This document shows positions 1 through 10,251 of a DNA stretch of 53,136 nucleotides, piece by piece (position 1 is the stretch's first letter; the number at the start of each line of letters is the position of its first letter). This DNA comes from Polaromonas sp. GTDB lineage: Bacteria > Pseudomonadota > Gammaproteobacteria > Burkholderiales > Burkholderiaceae_C. Below the pieces are notes generated by a model. That model was not told where the DNA came from. It searched no databases and worked only from the letters and a program-made list of their open reading frames with translations. Location: NCBI GenBank assembly GCA_031393945.1, contig JANMWH010000080.1, forward strand, positions 1 to 53,136, given 5' to 3'. Position numbers and translations under genes: made by a program.

Positions 1-521
1 CTGAATAAAATTTTGTACAGCTGCTCGCGAATCGGCTCGGGGCAAGTGCCTTGCGCCAGCTCTTCAGCCCAAGCGGTGACTTGCAGCGCTGCTTGCTTTT
101 TCTTTTCAATCGCTGCCAGGGCTAATTGCAATATTTCAAGCGGGGCTTTTTTAAACCTGCCTTTGCCAGCGCGGCGAAAGTAGTGGGGTGCGTCAAACAG
201 CCTGAACAGCGCTGCAGCTTGCTGCTCAAGCGACGCGGGTTTTGACGGGTCAGCGCTGAAGTAATCGCGTGCCAAATCGCTAAAGCCAAACTCTTCTTCA
301 CTGGCAAACTCCCACGCCAGTTCCAGCTCAATGTCTTCACTTAGTTTTTTTGCGCCGGCCATCAGCTCTGCGGGTGAAGGCTTTTCAAACTTGAGCAAAG
401 CGTTGGCTGCTTTGACTTTGACGCGTTTGCCCGAGTCAAGCTCCACTTGCAATGCGTTGTCTGACTCAGACAACACACGGCCTGCCAGGTGTTTCCCGGC
501 TTCTTCAAACAATACAAACAA
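1..521 (-). CDS. RNB-domain (RNase II/R family) ribonuclease, 5' part; runs off the window start
   Basis: Manual minus-strand translation from TTG at 521: (M)FVLFEEAGKHLAGRVLSESDNALQVELDSGKRVKVKAAN...CPEPIREQLYKILF, resembling the N-terminus of betaproteobacterial RNB proteins. Missing from the ORF track because it has no stop in the window. Confidence 0.7.
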   Translation of the reverse strand, partial: MFVLFEEAGKHLAGRVLSESDNALQVELDSGKRVKVKAANALLKFEKPSPAELMAGAKKLSEDIELELAWEFASEEEFGFSDLARDYFSADPSKPASLEQQAAALFRLFDAPHYFRRAGKGRFKKAPLEILQLALAAIEKKKQAALQVTAWAEELAQGTCPEPIREQLYKILF

Positions 522-706
522 AACGCGTGCCCCAAATAGTGTGTTGTGCCCAGTGTAATCAGCCCATTGCAGCAGGCTGAATTTGAGCGGGGGGGACTGG
601 TTTAATCAAGAGAGGCCGTAGTTTGCAGAAGCGTTGCTACTGGCAGGCGCAGGCCATTGAGCCGCGTTGGTTGTATGGTGCCAGCGAAGCTCGCCGATAA
701 TTGCGA

Positions 707-1861
707 ATGTCTGCCGTTTTCGATAAACCCTCGCTGCTAAAGCGTGCATCGCCGTTTTTTAGCGGTTTTGATGGCCCATTGGCGTTTGCTGTGTTTATGC
801 TGGCCTGCGCCGGGCTGCTGATCATGTATTCGTCTGGCTACGACCATGGCAGCCGGTTTGTAGACCACGGCCGCAATATGTTGATTGCGGGCTTCATCAT
901 GTTTGTAGTGGCGCAAATATCGCCGCAGCGGTTGATGTCGTTCGCGGTACCGCTTTACGTTGTGGGTGTGGGCCTGCTGATTGCCGTGGCTATTTTTGGC
1001 ATCACCAAAAAAGGCGCGCGTCGCTGGCTGAATGTCGGGGTGGTGATTCAACCCAGTGAGATTTTAAAAATTGCCATGCCACTGATGCTGGCCTGGTGGT
1101 TTCAAAAGCGTGAGGGTCAGCTCAGGCCGCTTGACTTTCTAATGGCCGGCGCGCTGCTGGTGGTACCGGTTGGTTTGATCATGAAGCAGCCTGACCTGGG
1201 TACGTCGTTGCTGGTGCTGGCCGCAGGCCTGGCCGTTATCTTTTTTGCCGGACTGAGCTGGAAATTAATCGTGCCGCCCGTATTAATCGGGTTGATTGGC
1301 ATCTTTTTACTGGTCTGGTTTGAGCCCCAGCTGTGCGCCGACGGCATGCGCTGGCCTGTACTGCACGACTACCAACAGCAGCGCATTTGCACGCTGCTTG
1401 ACCCCTCGCGCGACCCGCTGGGCAAAGGGTTTCACATTTTGCAAGGCATGATTGCCATCGGCTCTGGCGGCCTGTTTGGCAAAGGATTCATGGCGGGTAC
1501 GCAAACGCATCTGGAGTTCATCCCCGAGCGCACCACAGACTTCATTTTTGCGGCATTTTCAGAAGAATTTGGCTTGGCGGGTAACTTGCTGCTTATCGCC
1601 GGGTTTGCCTTTTTAATCTTGCGTGGCTTAAGCATTGCCATGGACGCACCGACACTTTTCTCTAGGCTTTTAGCAGGCGCCTTGACCATGATCTTTTTTA
1701 CCTATGCCTTCGTGAACATGGGCATGGTCAGCGGGATTTTGCCGGTGGTGGGTGTGCCTTTGCCATTCATTAGCTACGGCGGAACAGCGATGGTTACTCT
1801 CGGCTTGGCAGTGGGCATGCTCATGTCCATTGCCAAAGCGAAGCGATTGGTGCAATCTTGA
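707..1861 (+). CDS. rodA: Rod shape-determining protein RodA (SEDS family)
   Basis: SEDS motifs GARRWL, IQPSEILK, KQPDLGT, IPERTTDFIF, GVPLPFISYGG; ATG at 707. Confidence 0.95.
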   Translation: MSAVFDKPSLLKRASPFFSGFDGPLAFAVFMLACAGLLIMYSSGYDHGSRFVDHGRNMLIAGFIMFVVAQISPQRLMSFAVPLYVVGVGLLIAVAIFGITKKGARRWLNVGVVIQPSEILKIAMPLMLAWWFQKREGQLRPLDFLMAGALLVVPVGLIMKQPDLGTSLLVLAAGLAVIFFAGLSWKLIVPPVLIGLIGIFLLVWFEPQLCADGMRWPVLHDYQQQRICTLLDPSRDPLGKGFHILQGMIAIGSGGLFGKGFMAGTQTHLEFIPERTTDFIFAAFSEEFGLAGNLLLIAGFAFLILRGLSIAMDAPTLFSRLLAGALTMIFFTYAFVNMGMVSGILPVVGVPLPFISYGGTAMVTLGLAVGMLMSIAKAKRLVQS

Positions 1862-1871
1862 GCATAGAAAT

Positions 1872-1921
1872 GGGCTCTAGCCCAATTGATATAGTCGCAA
1901 GCAGCTCCTAAAAAAGTAGCA
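1872..1921 (+). repeat. Dispersed 50-bp bipartite palindromic motif, copy 1 (rodA-mlaF intergenic)
   Basis: gggctctagccc-aattgatat-agtc-gcaagca-gctcc-taaaaaa-gtagc-a aligns without gaps to the other copies. Confidence 0.8.
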
Positions 1922-2048
1922 AAAACGCCTAACTGCGCACTGTAAAAATCGTGAGTTTGCGTAAATCACCGCGTGCGCATTGCGTTTATCATTGTTTTCT
2001 CTGGGTTTAGCGCCCCTCTCGCTGGTTAGTCCGGCAACGACAACAGTT

Positions 2049-2906
2049 ATGCCCACCTTCCCATCTTCACTGTCCCCGCACCTTGTTGAATTCAAAGACG
2101 TTTCGTTTTCTTACGGCGGCGCCGCTGACGAGCGCGTGATATTGCAAGGCATCAACCTGTCAGTACCGCGTGGAAAAGTGACCGCGCTGATGGGCGCGTC
2201 AGGCGGTGGTAAAACTACCGTACTGCGGTTGATTGGCGGGCAACAAAAAGCCACCAGCGGCTCGGTGCGGTTTGACAATCAGGACGTGGGGTGTATGCCT
2301 GCGACTGATCTGTACGCGGCCCGCAGGCGCATGGGCATGCTGTTTCAGTTTGGCGCTCTGTTCACTGACCTCAGCGTATTTGACAATGTGGCTTTTCCCC
2401 TGCGTGAGCACACCGATTTGGCGGCGGAACTGATTCGCGACATTGTGCTGATGAAGCTCAATGCTGTTGGGTTGCGGGGGGCCAGAGACCTCATGCCGAG
2501 CGAGATTTCAGGCGGCATGGCGCGCCGAGTTGCTTTGGCGCGCGCCATCGCACTCGACCCTGAGCTGATCCTGTATGACGAGCCGTTTGCGGGGCTGGAC
2601 CCAATTTCGCTAGGCACAGCGGCCCAACTTATTCGCCAGTTGAACGATACGCTGGGCATTACCAGCATCGTGGTGTCTCATGATCTGGAAGAAACCTTTC
2701 GCATCGCCGACCAGGTGATTATTTTGGCCAATGGTGTCGTTGCCGCTCAGGGCACGCCGGACGAGGTGCGTCACTCCACCGATCCGCTGGTGCACCAGTT
2801 TGTCAATGCGCTGAGCGAAGGGCCGGTTAAATTCCATTACCCGGGTGTAAATGTTGAAACTGACTTTGGTACTTCTGCAGGTACGGCAAAAGGAAAGCGT
2901 TCATGA
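2049..2906 (+). CDS. mlaF: Mla phospholipid ABC transporter ATPase
   Basis: Walker A GASGGGKT, signature ISGGMARR, YDEPFAGLD; first gene of the mla cluster; start chosen at ATG 2049. Confidence 0.92.
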   Translation: MPTFPSSLSPHLVEFKDVSFSYGGAADERVILQGINLSVPRGKVTALMGASGGGKTTVLRLIGGQQKATSGSVRFDNQDVGCMPATDLYAARRRMGMLFQFGALFTDLSVFDNVAFPLREHTDLAAELIRDIVLMKLNAVGLRGARDLMPSEISGGMARRVALARAIALDPELILYDEPFAGLDPISLGTAAQLIRQLNDTLGITSIVVSHDLEETFRIADQVIILANGVVAAQGTPDEVRHSTDPLVHQFVNALSEGPVKFHYPGVNVETDFGTSAGTAKGKRS

Positions 2907-3694
2907 GTACCCCTAAGCCCGGCCGAATCGCCGAATTGGGCCTCGCTGTGCGTCAGCAGCTCGGCCAATTGGGTCATGCAACTCGCTTGCTGGCTCGGTT
3001 GGTCATGACCAGCGGCCAAGCGCTGCGCCGCTTTGGTCTGGTGCGCGACCAAATCTTGTTTTTGGGTAACTATTCCCTCGCCCTTATTGGTGTGTCGGGG
3101 TTGTTCGTGGGTTTTGTGTTGGGGCTGCAGGGCTACTACACACTGCAGCGGTTTGGCGCTGCTGACACTTTGGGTTTGCTGGTAACGCTAAGTTTGGTGC
3201 GAGAGCTCGGGCCAGTGGTGACTGCGTTGCTGTTTGCGGGCCGAGCAGGCACAGCGCTAACGGCTGAAATTGGCCTGATGAAGGCGGGTGAGCAGCTTTC
3301 TGCGATGGAAATGATGGCGGTTGACCCGGTTCAGCGCATTCTGGCACCTCGTTTTTGGGGCGGCCTTATCGCGATGCCGATACTTGCTGCGGTCTTTAGT
3401 GCTGTCGGTGTTTTAGGCGGCTGGTTTGTGGGCGTCGTGATGATTGGCGTTGATGCAGGCTCGTTTTGGAGCCAGACGCAATCGGGCGTCGACGTGTGGC
3501 GTGACGTGGGTAACGGTGTGATCAAAAGCTTCGTTTTCGGCATAACTGTGACTTTTGTCGCGCTTTATCAAGGTTATGAAGCGCACCCCACCCCCGAGGG
3601 TGTGTCCAGGGCGACCACTCGAACTGTTGTGATTGCGTCGCTGGCAGTGCTGGGGCTTGATTTCCTGCTGACTACGCTGATGTTCAGTGTCTAG
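2903..3694 (+). CDS. mlaE: Mla permease
   Basis: RELGPVVTALLFAGRAG, EIGLMKAGEQ, GVSRATTRTVV. Confidence 0.95.
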   Translation: MSTPKPGRIAELGLAVRQQLGQLGHATRLLARLVMTSGQALRRFGLVRDQILFLGNYSLALIGVSGLFVGFVLGLQGYYTLQRFGAADTLGLLVTLSLVRELGPVVTALLFAGRAGTALTAEIGLMKAGEQLSAMEMMAVDPVQRILAPRFWGGLIAMPILAAVFSAVGVLGGWFVGVVMIGVDAGSFWSQTQSGVDVWRDVGNGVIKSFVFGITVTFVALYQGYEAHPTPEGVSRATTRTVVIASLAVLGLDFLLTTLMFSV

Positions 3695-3790
3695 AGCGGC
3701 GATCATGCTCAATGAGATTGCGCATGCCAAAATTGAGTAATTTCGTTTAATCAGGGATCCGGCCATTTCGAGGCTTTGAAAGACTAAACA

Positions 3791-4294
3791 ATGCAACGTT
3801 CAAAGAATGATTTTTGGGTAGGTTTATTTGTGCTGACCGGTGCGGCAGCGGTGCTGTTTTTGGCACTGAAGTCGGCCAATTTGTTGTCATTGAGTTTTGA
3901 CACCGCCTACAAAGTAACGGCCAAGTTTGACAATATCGGCGGCTTAAAGCCAAGAGCGGCCGTTAAAAGTGCTGGCGTGGTGATTGGTCGCGTAGAAAGC
4001 ATCACATTTGATGACAAGTCTTTTCAGGCCAACGTTAATTTGGCGATGGAAAGCAAATATGCTTTTCCGAAAGATTCATCACTGAAAATACTGACCAGCG
4101 GCTTGCTAGGTGAGCAATACATCGGTATTGAGCCAGGCGGTAGCGAAAAAAACATTGCAGCTGGAGATGTAATCAAGCAAACGCAATCTGCCATCGTGCT
4201 TGAAAACCTGATTAGCCAATTTTTATTCAGCAAAGCTGCTGAAACCAAGCCTGCGGAAAATCCCACAGCGGCCCCCACCGCGGACAAAAAATGA
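3791..4294 (+). CDS. mlaD: MCE-domain protein MlaD
   Basis: FDNIGGLK...AGVVIGRV, LTSGLLGEQYI. Confidence 0.95.
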   Translation: MQRSKNDFWVGLFVLTGAAAVLFLALKSANLLSLSFDTAYKVTAKFDNIGGLKPRAAVKSAGVVIGRVESITFDDKSFQANVNLAMESKYAFPKDSSLKILTSGLLGEQYIGIEPGGSEKNIAAGDVIKQTQSAIVLENLISQFLFSKAAETKPAENPTAAPTADKK

Positions 4295-5082
4295 AGAATT
4301 TATTATTGTTAAAAGGCATGGCCAGCGGCGCGGCCGCATGTTTAGCTTTAGTGCTGCTGTCGGGCTGCGCGACAGGTCCTAACGCCAACCCCGACGACCC
4401 CCTTGAGCCGCTGAATCGCACGGTATTTCAGTTCAATGACGGTCTGGACAAGGCCATTTTCAAACCTGTCGCCACGGCTTACAAGGCCGTTACGCCCACA
4501 CCCATTCGCACGGGCGTGAGTAACTTTTTTGGCAACCTTCTGGATGTACGCACCCTGATCAACAACGTTCTTCAATTGCGCCCCGCCGAAGCGGTTGAAA
4601 CGGTCATGCGCTTGGGTGTCAACACCCTATTCGGCCTGGGCGGCGTGCTTAACGTTGCCAGCGAAATGCAGCTGGACCGGCAGCCCCAAGATTTCGGCCA
4701 GACGCTTGGCGTGTGGGGCGTAGGCTCTGGGCCCTATTTGGTGTTGCCCGTGTTGGGCTCGTCGTCGCCTCGCGATGTGGTCGGTATTGTGGTGCAAAGT
4801 AATACTGACATCGTTACCAATCTAGACCACGTGCCGACTCGAAACTCGCTCACTGTTTTGCGTGTGATTGACCTGCGCGCGGGCTTGTTGCAAGCCACCG
4901 AGTTGCTCGATTTAGCCTCGCTTGACCGATATGCCTTTGCGCGTGATGCCTATTTGCAACGTAAAAGAGTCGGCGTTAGAGGTAAAGCGATTTCCGCGCC
5001 TGTTGAGGAGCGCTTTGACTTGCCGGCGCCTCCGGCTGAAAAAGAAACAAATTTACCTGCCCCGCCTGGCGAGCCGAAGTAA
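4291..5082 (+). CDS. mlaA: MlaA/VacJ lipoprotein
   Basis: Lipobox LSGC; DPLEPLNR, DFGQTLGVWG, GPYLVLP. Confidence 0.93.
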   Translation: MKNLLLLKGMASGAAACLALVLLSGCATGPNANPDDPLEPLNRTVFQFNDGLDKAIFKPVATAYKAVTPTPIRTGVSNFFGNLLDVRTLINNVLQLRPAEAVETVMRLGVNTLFGLGGVLNVASEMQLDRQPQDFGQTLGVWGVGSGPYLVLPVLGSSSPRDVVGIVVQSNTDIVTNLDHVPTRNSLTVLRVIDLRAGLLQATELLDLASLDRYAFARDAYLQRKRVGVRGKAISAPVEERFDLPAPPAEKETNLPAPPGEPK

Positions 5083-5219
5083 GGGCGCTGGGATTGATTT
5101 TTCAATAAGATACACAACGTTGTCTACCCAATCGGCTGCAACGCGTTACTCAGATGCGGGACTAAAAATCGCACGCCACTGGGTAGTTAAATTAAGTCGA
5201 TTTTTCTTGAAAGAAAGAC

Positions 5220-5876
5220 ATGAACTTTAGTTATTTTCCTCATTTCGCCACTCGGGTTTCTGCTCGCTTATTTAATTTGTTTGTCAGTGTGGCATTGTTC
5301 GCAACTACGGGCATGGCCGCTGCGGCAGACGAAGCGCCTGACGCACTCATTAAACGCATTTCCACTGAAGTCATGCAAAGCATCAAGGCCGATCCAGGCA
5401 TTCAGATTGGCGACGTGACCAAGGTCAGCGCATTGGTAGACAACCAAATCATGCCGAACGTCAACTTTGTGCGCATGACCGCATCAGCGGTCGGACGCAA
5501 TTGGCGTCAGGCAACGCCTGAGCAACAAAAACGGCTTCAAGAAGAGTTCAAAGCGTTGTTGGTACGCACTTACTCTGGCGCGTTGTCGCAGGTGAAAGAC
5601 CAATCTGTCAGCGTAAAGCCTTTGCGTGCTGCCGCCGCGGACACCGAGGTGGTTGTTCGCACGGAAGTGTTGGGCCGAGGCGACCCGGTTCAACTCGACT
5701 ACCGCATGGAAAAAGTAGCTTCTGGCTGGAAGATTTACGACCTGAACGTACTGGGCGTTTGGATGGTAGAGACCTACCGCACTCAGTTCGCGCAGGAAAT
5801 CAATGCCAAAGGCATTGATGGCTTGATCGCAGCTTTGGTTGAGCGCAACAAATCTAATGCTGCGAAAAAGTCATAG
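5220..5876 (+). CDS. mlaC: Periplasmic phospholipid-binding protein MlaC
   Basis: Signal peptide; WKIYDLNVLGVW, YRTQF, GIDGLI; operon context. Confidence 0.92.
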   Translation: MNFSYFPHFATRVSARLFNLFVSVALFATTGMAAAADEAPDALIKRISTEVMQSIKADPGIQIGDVTKVSALVDNQIMPNVNFVRMTASAVGRNWRQATPEQQKRLQEEFKALLVRTYSGALSQVKDQSVSVKPLRAAAADTEVVVRTEVLGRGDPVQLDYRMEKVASGWKIYDLNVLGVWMVETYRTQFAQEINAKGIDGLIAALVERNKSNAAKKS

Positions 5877-5904
5877 TTTTTAACCTTTTTCCTATCTTCA
5901 ATCC

Positions 5905-6189
5905 ATGTTGAATCTGCCGGCCAAGGTTTACCACGATGGAGCGGATGCCTTGGCCATCAGCTTGAAGACACAGGTCGGCACCCAAGCCAGTACGGTGTCG
6001 GTTGACGCTTCCCTGCTTGTTGAATTTGACTCTTCAGCTTTGGCTGTGTTGCTGGCTTGCCGGCGTGCGGCCCAGGCGGTGGGCAAGCCTTTTGAGGTGT
6101 GCAACGCCCCTGTCAAGCTTGTGCAGCTTGCCGTGCTTTACGGCGTAGCGCAGCTGCTTGGGTTGCAACAGCCAGCAACTGCCGCCTGA
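5905..6189 (+). CDS. mlaB: STAS-domain protein MlaB
   Basis: FDSSALAVLL, LAVLYGV; operon context. Confidence 0.85.
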   Translation: MLNLPAKVYHDGADALAISLKTQVGTQASTVSVDASLLVEFDSSALAVLLACRRAAQAVGKPFEVCNAPVKLVQLAVLYGVAQLLGLQQPATAA

Positions 6190-6266
6190 CTTGATTGACT
6201 TGAGTTCTTAAGTCTTTTATAGCCGTTTGTCTTCCAGCCACTTTCGCCTCGTAAAATAGGGGGCTA

Positions 6267-7196
6267 ATGCCCGCTATTTCATTCCAATCGGTTTTTAAAA
6301 CCTATCCCCCCACGCGAAAACAATCTGGCCCCGTCGTCAAAGCACTGGACGACGTGAGCTTTGACATCCGGCAAGGCGAATTTTTTGGGCTACTGGGGCC
6401 CAACGGTGCTGGCAAAACCACTCTCATCAGTATTTTGGCGGGCTTGTCTAAAGCCAGTCAGGGCAAAGTGTTGGTGCATGGACATGACGTTGTCACTGAC
6501 TACGCCGCTGCGCGCCGCGCGTTGGGTGTGGTGCCGCAAGAACTCGTTTTCGACCCGTTTTTTAGCGTGCGGGAGGCACTTCGCATCCAGTCAGGTTACT
6601 TCGGAATCAAAAATAACGACGCCTGGATTGACGAGCTCTTGAGCAGCCTGGGCTTGGCTGACAAGGCTAATGCAAATATGCGCCAGCTTTCAGGCGGCAT
6701 GAAGCGCCGCGTGCTGGTGGCTCAAGCTCTGGTGCACAAGCCGCAGGTCATCGTGCTGGACGAGCCAACAGCCGGGGTTGACGTGGAACTGCGGCAAACC
6801 CTGTGGCAATTTATTGCCAAGCTGAATAAACAAGGAAGCACTGTACTGCTCACCACGCATTACCTTGAAGAAGCCGAGGCTCTGTGCAGCCGCATTGCGA
6901 TGCTCAAGCAGGGCAAAGTAGTTGCCTTGGCCAATACGTCAGAGTTGCTAAAAGCAGCATCTTCAAACGTGCTCAGGTTCAAAATAGATAGCGAGCTACC
7001 TGTTGAACTCAAGCGCCAGGCACGCATTACTGGCAGAATTGTGCAGTTTCCGGCGCATAACGCCAATGACATTGAGCAATATCTGGCGGCAGTTCGTCAA
7101 GCGGGGCTGGTAGCTGAAGACATTGAAATACGCAAGGCCGACCTCGAAGATGTTTTCCTGGACGTAATGTCTGGCAAGTCTGAGGTGGCTTTATGA
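6267..7196 (+). CDS. ABC-2 type transporter ATP-binding protein (YadG-like)
   Basis: GPNGAGKT, LSGGMKRR, LDEPTAGVD. Confidence 0.9.
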   Translation: MPAISFQSVFKTYPPTRKQSGPVVKALDDVSFDIRQGEFFGLLGPNGAGKTTLISILAGLSKASQGKVLVHGHDVVTDYAAARRALGVVPQELVFDPFFSVREALRIQSGYFGIKNNDAWIDELLSSLGLADKANANMRQLSGGMKRRVLVAQALVHKPQVIVLDEPTAGVDVELRQTLWQFIAKLNKQGSTVLLTTHYLEEAEALCSRIAMLKQGKVVALANTSELLKAASSNVLRFKIDSELPVELKRQARITGRIVQFPAHNANDIEQYLAAVRQAGLVAEDIEIRKADLEDVFLDVMSGKSEVAL

Positions 7197-7948
7197 CCGG
7201 CTGGCAAACGCTGCTTTATAAAGAAGTTTTACGCTTCTGGAAAGTTGGCTTCCAAACTGTCGGCGCGCCTGTGTTGACGGCAGTGATGTACATGCTGATT
7301 TTTGGTCATGTGCTTGAAGGTCAGGTTAAGGTTTACGGCACTGTTAACTACACTGCGTTTTTAGTACCCGGCCTGGTCATGATGAGTGTGCTGCAAAACG
7401 CTTTTGCCAACAGTTCGTCGTCGCTCATTCAAAGCAAAATTATGGGCAGCCTGGTGTTTGTACTGCTCACGCCGTTGTCGCACTGGCACTGGTTTTTTGC
7501 CTATGTTGGGGCATCGATTGCACGTGGCTTGCTGGTGGGCGCGGGCGTGTTTGTCGTCACGGTGTACTTTGGCCGGCCAGACTTTGTCTACCCACTGTGG
7601 ATTGTGCTTTTCGCAGTTTTGGGTGCGGCTATGCTGGGAGCGCTGGGCGTAATTGCCGGGCTGTGGTCGGACAAGTTTGACCAGATGGCGGCGTTTCAAA
7701 ATTTTGTCATCATGCCGATGACGTTTTTAAGCGGCGTGTTTTATTCGATTCATTCGTTGCCGCCATTTTGGCAAACTGTCAGCCACTTGAACCCGTTTTT
7801 CTACATGATTGATGGTTTCAGGTATGGGTTTTTTGGCGTGAGTGATGTGTCACCTTGGCTTAGCTTGGGTATCGTCTCGACTGCGCTCATCGTGGTGAGT
7901 GCTATTGCCGTCAACATGCTGCGCACCGGCTACAAAATAAGACATTAA
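7193..7948 (+). CDS. ABC-2 type transporter permease (YadH-like)
   Basis: Hydrophobic; FLVPGLVMM, PMTFLSGVFY, NPFFYMIDGFRYG; overlaps the ATPase by 4 nt. Confidence 0.9.
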   Translation: MTGWQTLLYKEVLRFWKVGFQTVGAPVLTAVMYMLIFGHVLEGQVKVYGTVNYTAFLVPGLVMMSVLQNAFANSSSSLIQSKIMGSLVFVLLTPLSHWHWFFAYVGASIARGLLVGAGVFVVTVYFGRPDFVYPLWIVLFAVLGAAMLGALGVIAGLWSDKFDQMAAFQNFVIMPMTFLSGVFYSIHSLPPFWQTVSHLNPFFYMIDGFRYGFFGVSDVSPWLSLGIVSTALIVVSAIAVNMLRTGYKIRH

Positions 7949-7952
7949 ATAT

Positions 7953-8192
7953 ATGACCAGTGAAGAACTACAAACCATCATTGCCGGCGGCCTGCCGTGC
8001 GAGCACATCGAGCTCTCGGGCGACGGCCAACACTGGTACGCGACGATTGTCTCGAGCAGCTTTGAAGGCCAGCGCCTGATTCAGCGACATCAAAAAGTCT
8101 ACGCTACCTTGGGTGGTCGCATTCAAACCAATGAAGTGCATGCGCTGTCGATGAAAACCTTCACGCCTGCCGAGTGGGCAGCCAATTCCTAA
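7953..8192 (+). CDS. BolA/IbaG family protein
   Basis: GDGQHW, FEGQRLIQRHQKVY, EVHALSMKT; usual position upstream of murA. Confidence 0.92.
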   Translation: MTSEELQTIIAGGLPCEHIELSGDGQHWYATIVSSSFEGQRLIQRHQKVYATLGGRIQTNEVHALSMKTFTPAEWAANS

Positions 8193-8236
8193 TTTCTGAT
8201 TTCTAATTTCCAATACCGAATTTTCAGACTCAATTC

Positions 8237-9511
8237 ATGGACAAAATTCTCATCAAAGGCGGCAACGCGCTGAACGGTACAGTCACTATTTCAGGGGCGA
8301 AAAACGCAGCTTTGCCCGAGCTGTGTGCGGCGCTGCTGACAGCTGACACGGTAACGCTAGAAAATGTGCCAGGCCTGCAAGATGTGACGACTATGCTCAC
8401 TCTGGTTCGCAACATGGGTGTGTCGGCTGAACGCGATGCGTCGACCCCAAGCACTGTGGTACTCAACGCGGGTACGCTAACTTCGCCAGAGGCGCCGTAC
8501 GAGCTGGTCAAAACCATGCGCGCTTCTGTGTTGGCATTAGGCCCGCTGCTCGCACGTTTTGGCGAAGCCACGGTGTCCTTGCCCGGTGGTTGCGCCATCG
8601 GCTCGCGGCCAGTAGATCAGCACATCAAAGGCCTGCAAGCGATGGGCGCCGAGATTGTGGTGGAGCACGGCTACATGATTGCCAGGTTGCCCGCTGGCCG
8701 CACGCGCCTTAAAGGCTGCAGCATCACGACTGACATGGTGACTGTTACTGGCACCGAGAATTTCTTGATGGCGGCAACGCTGGCAGAAGGCGAGACGATT
8801 TTGGAAAACGCTGCTCAGGAGCCTGAAATCGGGGACTTGGCCGAAATGCTCATCAAAATGGGCGCAAAAATTGAAGGCCACGGCACCCGGCGTATTCGCA
8901 TTCAGGGCGTGGAACACCTGCATGGCTGCACGCACCAAGTGGTGGCAGATCGAATTGAAACCGGCACGTTTTTATGCGCCGTGGCGGCATGTGGCGGTGC
9001 GGTAAAACTGATTAACGGCCGTGCCGACCACCTGGACGCTGTAATTGACAAGTTGCGCGAGGCAGGCGCAACAGTTACAGCAGGCGACGGCTTCATCGAT
9101 GTGAAGTCGAGCGGCAGGCTCAAAGCGCAATCGTTTCGCACCACTGAATACCCGGGTTTTCCAACCGATATGCAGGCCCAGTTCATGGCGCTCAATGCCG
9201 TGTCTAGTGGTTCGGCCAGCGTGACCGAAACCATTTTTGAAAATCGTTTTATGCACGTCAATGAAATGGTTCGCTTGGGTGCAAAAATTCAGATTGAAGG
9301 CAAAGTCGCCATCATGGAAGGCGTTGAAAAACTATCGGGTGCTACCGTGATGGCAACCGACTTGCGCGCCTCAGCCAGTTTGGTCATTGCCGGGCTGGTT
9401 GCTGATGGCGAAACCATGATTGACCGCATCTACCACCTCGACCGCGGCTACGACCACATGGAGGCCAAGTTGCGTGTCCTCGGTGCCGACATCGAGCGAG
9501 TCAAGGCATGA
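8237..9511 (+). CDS. murA: UDP-N-acetylglucosamine 1-carboxyvinyltransferase
   Basis: [40 protein letters not shown]. Confidence 0.98.
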   Translation: MDKILIKGGNALNGTVTISGAKNAALPELCAALLTADTVTLENVPGLQDVTTMLTLVRNMGVSAERDASTPSTVVLNAGTLTSPEAPYELVKTMRASVLALGPLLARFGEATVSLPGGCAIGSRPVDQHIKGLQAMGAEIVVEHGYMIARLPAGRTRLKGCSITTDMVTVTGTENFLMAATLAEGETILENAAQEPEIGDLAEMLIKMGAKIEGHGTRRIRIQGVEHLHGCTHQVVADRIETGTFLCAVAACGGAVKLINGRADHLDAVIDKLREAGATVTAGDGFIDVKSSGRLKAQSFRTTEYPGFPTDMQAQFMALNAVSSGSASVTETIFENRFMHVNEMVRLGAKIQIEGKVAIMEGVEKLSGATVMATDLRASASLVIAGLVADGETMIDRIYHLDRGYDHMEAKLRVLGADIERVKA

Positions 9512-9539
9512 TCACCATTGAAAAACTGGGGACGCAGTC

Positions 9540-10178
9540 GTGATAACGATCGCTTTGTCTAAAGGCCGTATTTTTGACGACATCTTGCCGCTATTAAAAA
9601 GCGCAGGCATCGTAGTGCTGGACGACCCTGAAAAATCTCGCAAGCTGATATTGGATACCAACCAGCCCGATGTGCGTGTGCTGCTGGTGCGTGCAACTGA
9701 TGTACCCACTTACGTGCAGTGTGGTGGCGCGGACATGGGTGTGGTGGGTAAAGACACGCTGCTCGAATCTGACACGCAGGGCTTGTACCAGCCGCTTGAT
9801 TTGCAAATCGCGAAATGCCGCATAAGCGTGGCTGTGCGTGAAGGGTTTGATTATTCGGCCGCCATGCGCCAAGGTTCGCGCATGAAAGTCGCCACCAAAT
9901 ACGTGGCGATTGCGCGTGACTTTTTTGCATCCAAAGGCGTGCACGTTGACTTGATCAAGCTTTACGGCAGTATGGAATTGGCGCCGTTAACGGGCCTGGC
10001 TGATGCGATTGTTGACCTAGTCTCCACTGGCAATACCCTTAAAGCCAATCACCTGATTGAAGTTGAGCGCATCATGGACATCAGCTCGCATTTAATCGTC
10101 AACCAAACAGCGTTGAAACTCAAGCAAGCGCCTATTCGCAAAATTGTTGATGCCTTTGCCGCAGCGGTCAATAAGTAA
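9540..10178 (+). CDS. hisG: ATP phosphoribosyltransferase, short form (needs HisZ, not in window)
   Basis: [35 protein letters not shown]; GTG start. Confidence 0.96.
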   Translation: MITIALSKGRIFDDILPLLKSAGIVVLDDPEKSRKLILDTNQPDVRVLLVRATDVPTYVQCGGADMGVVGKDTLLESDTQGLYQPLDLQIAKCRISVAVREGFDYSAAMRQGSRMKVATKYVAIARDFFASKGVHVDLIKLYGSMELAPLTGLADAIVDLVSTGNTLKANHLIEVERIMDISSHLIVNQTALKLKQAPIRKIVDAFAAAVNK

Positions 10179-10201
10179 GTCAATCGATAGTTCATTCTGT
10201 T

Positions 10202-10251
10202 TACTATGAATTTAATAGCTGCTCCCGCCCGTATTATTAGCGCCAATAGCA
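10202..10251 (-). repeat. Dispersed 50-bp motif, copy 2, overlapping the hisD start codon and first ~15 codons
   Basis: Reverse complement reads tgctattggcgc-taataatac-gggc-gggagca-gctat-taaattc-atagt-a. Confidence 0.8.

Noticed and set aside
5-45. acagctgctcgcg resembling the motif core
   Set aside because: Both palindromes are missing; explained by the coding sequence REQLY of the RNB gene
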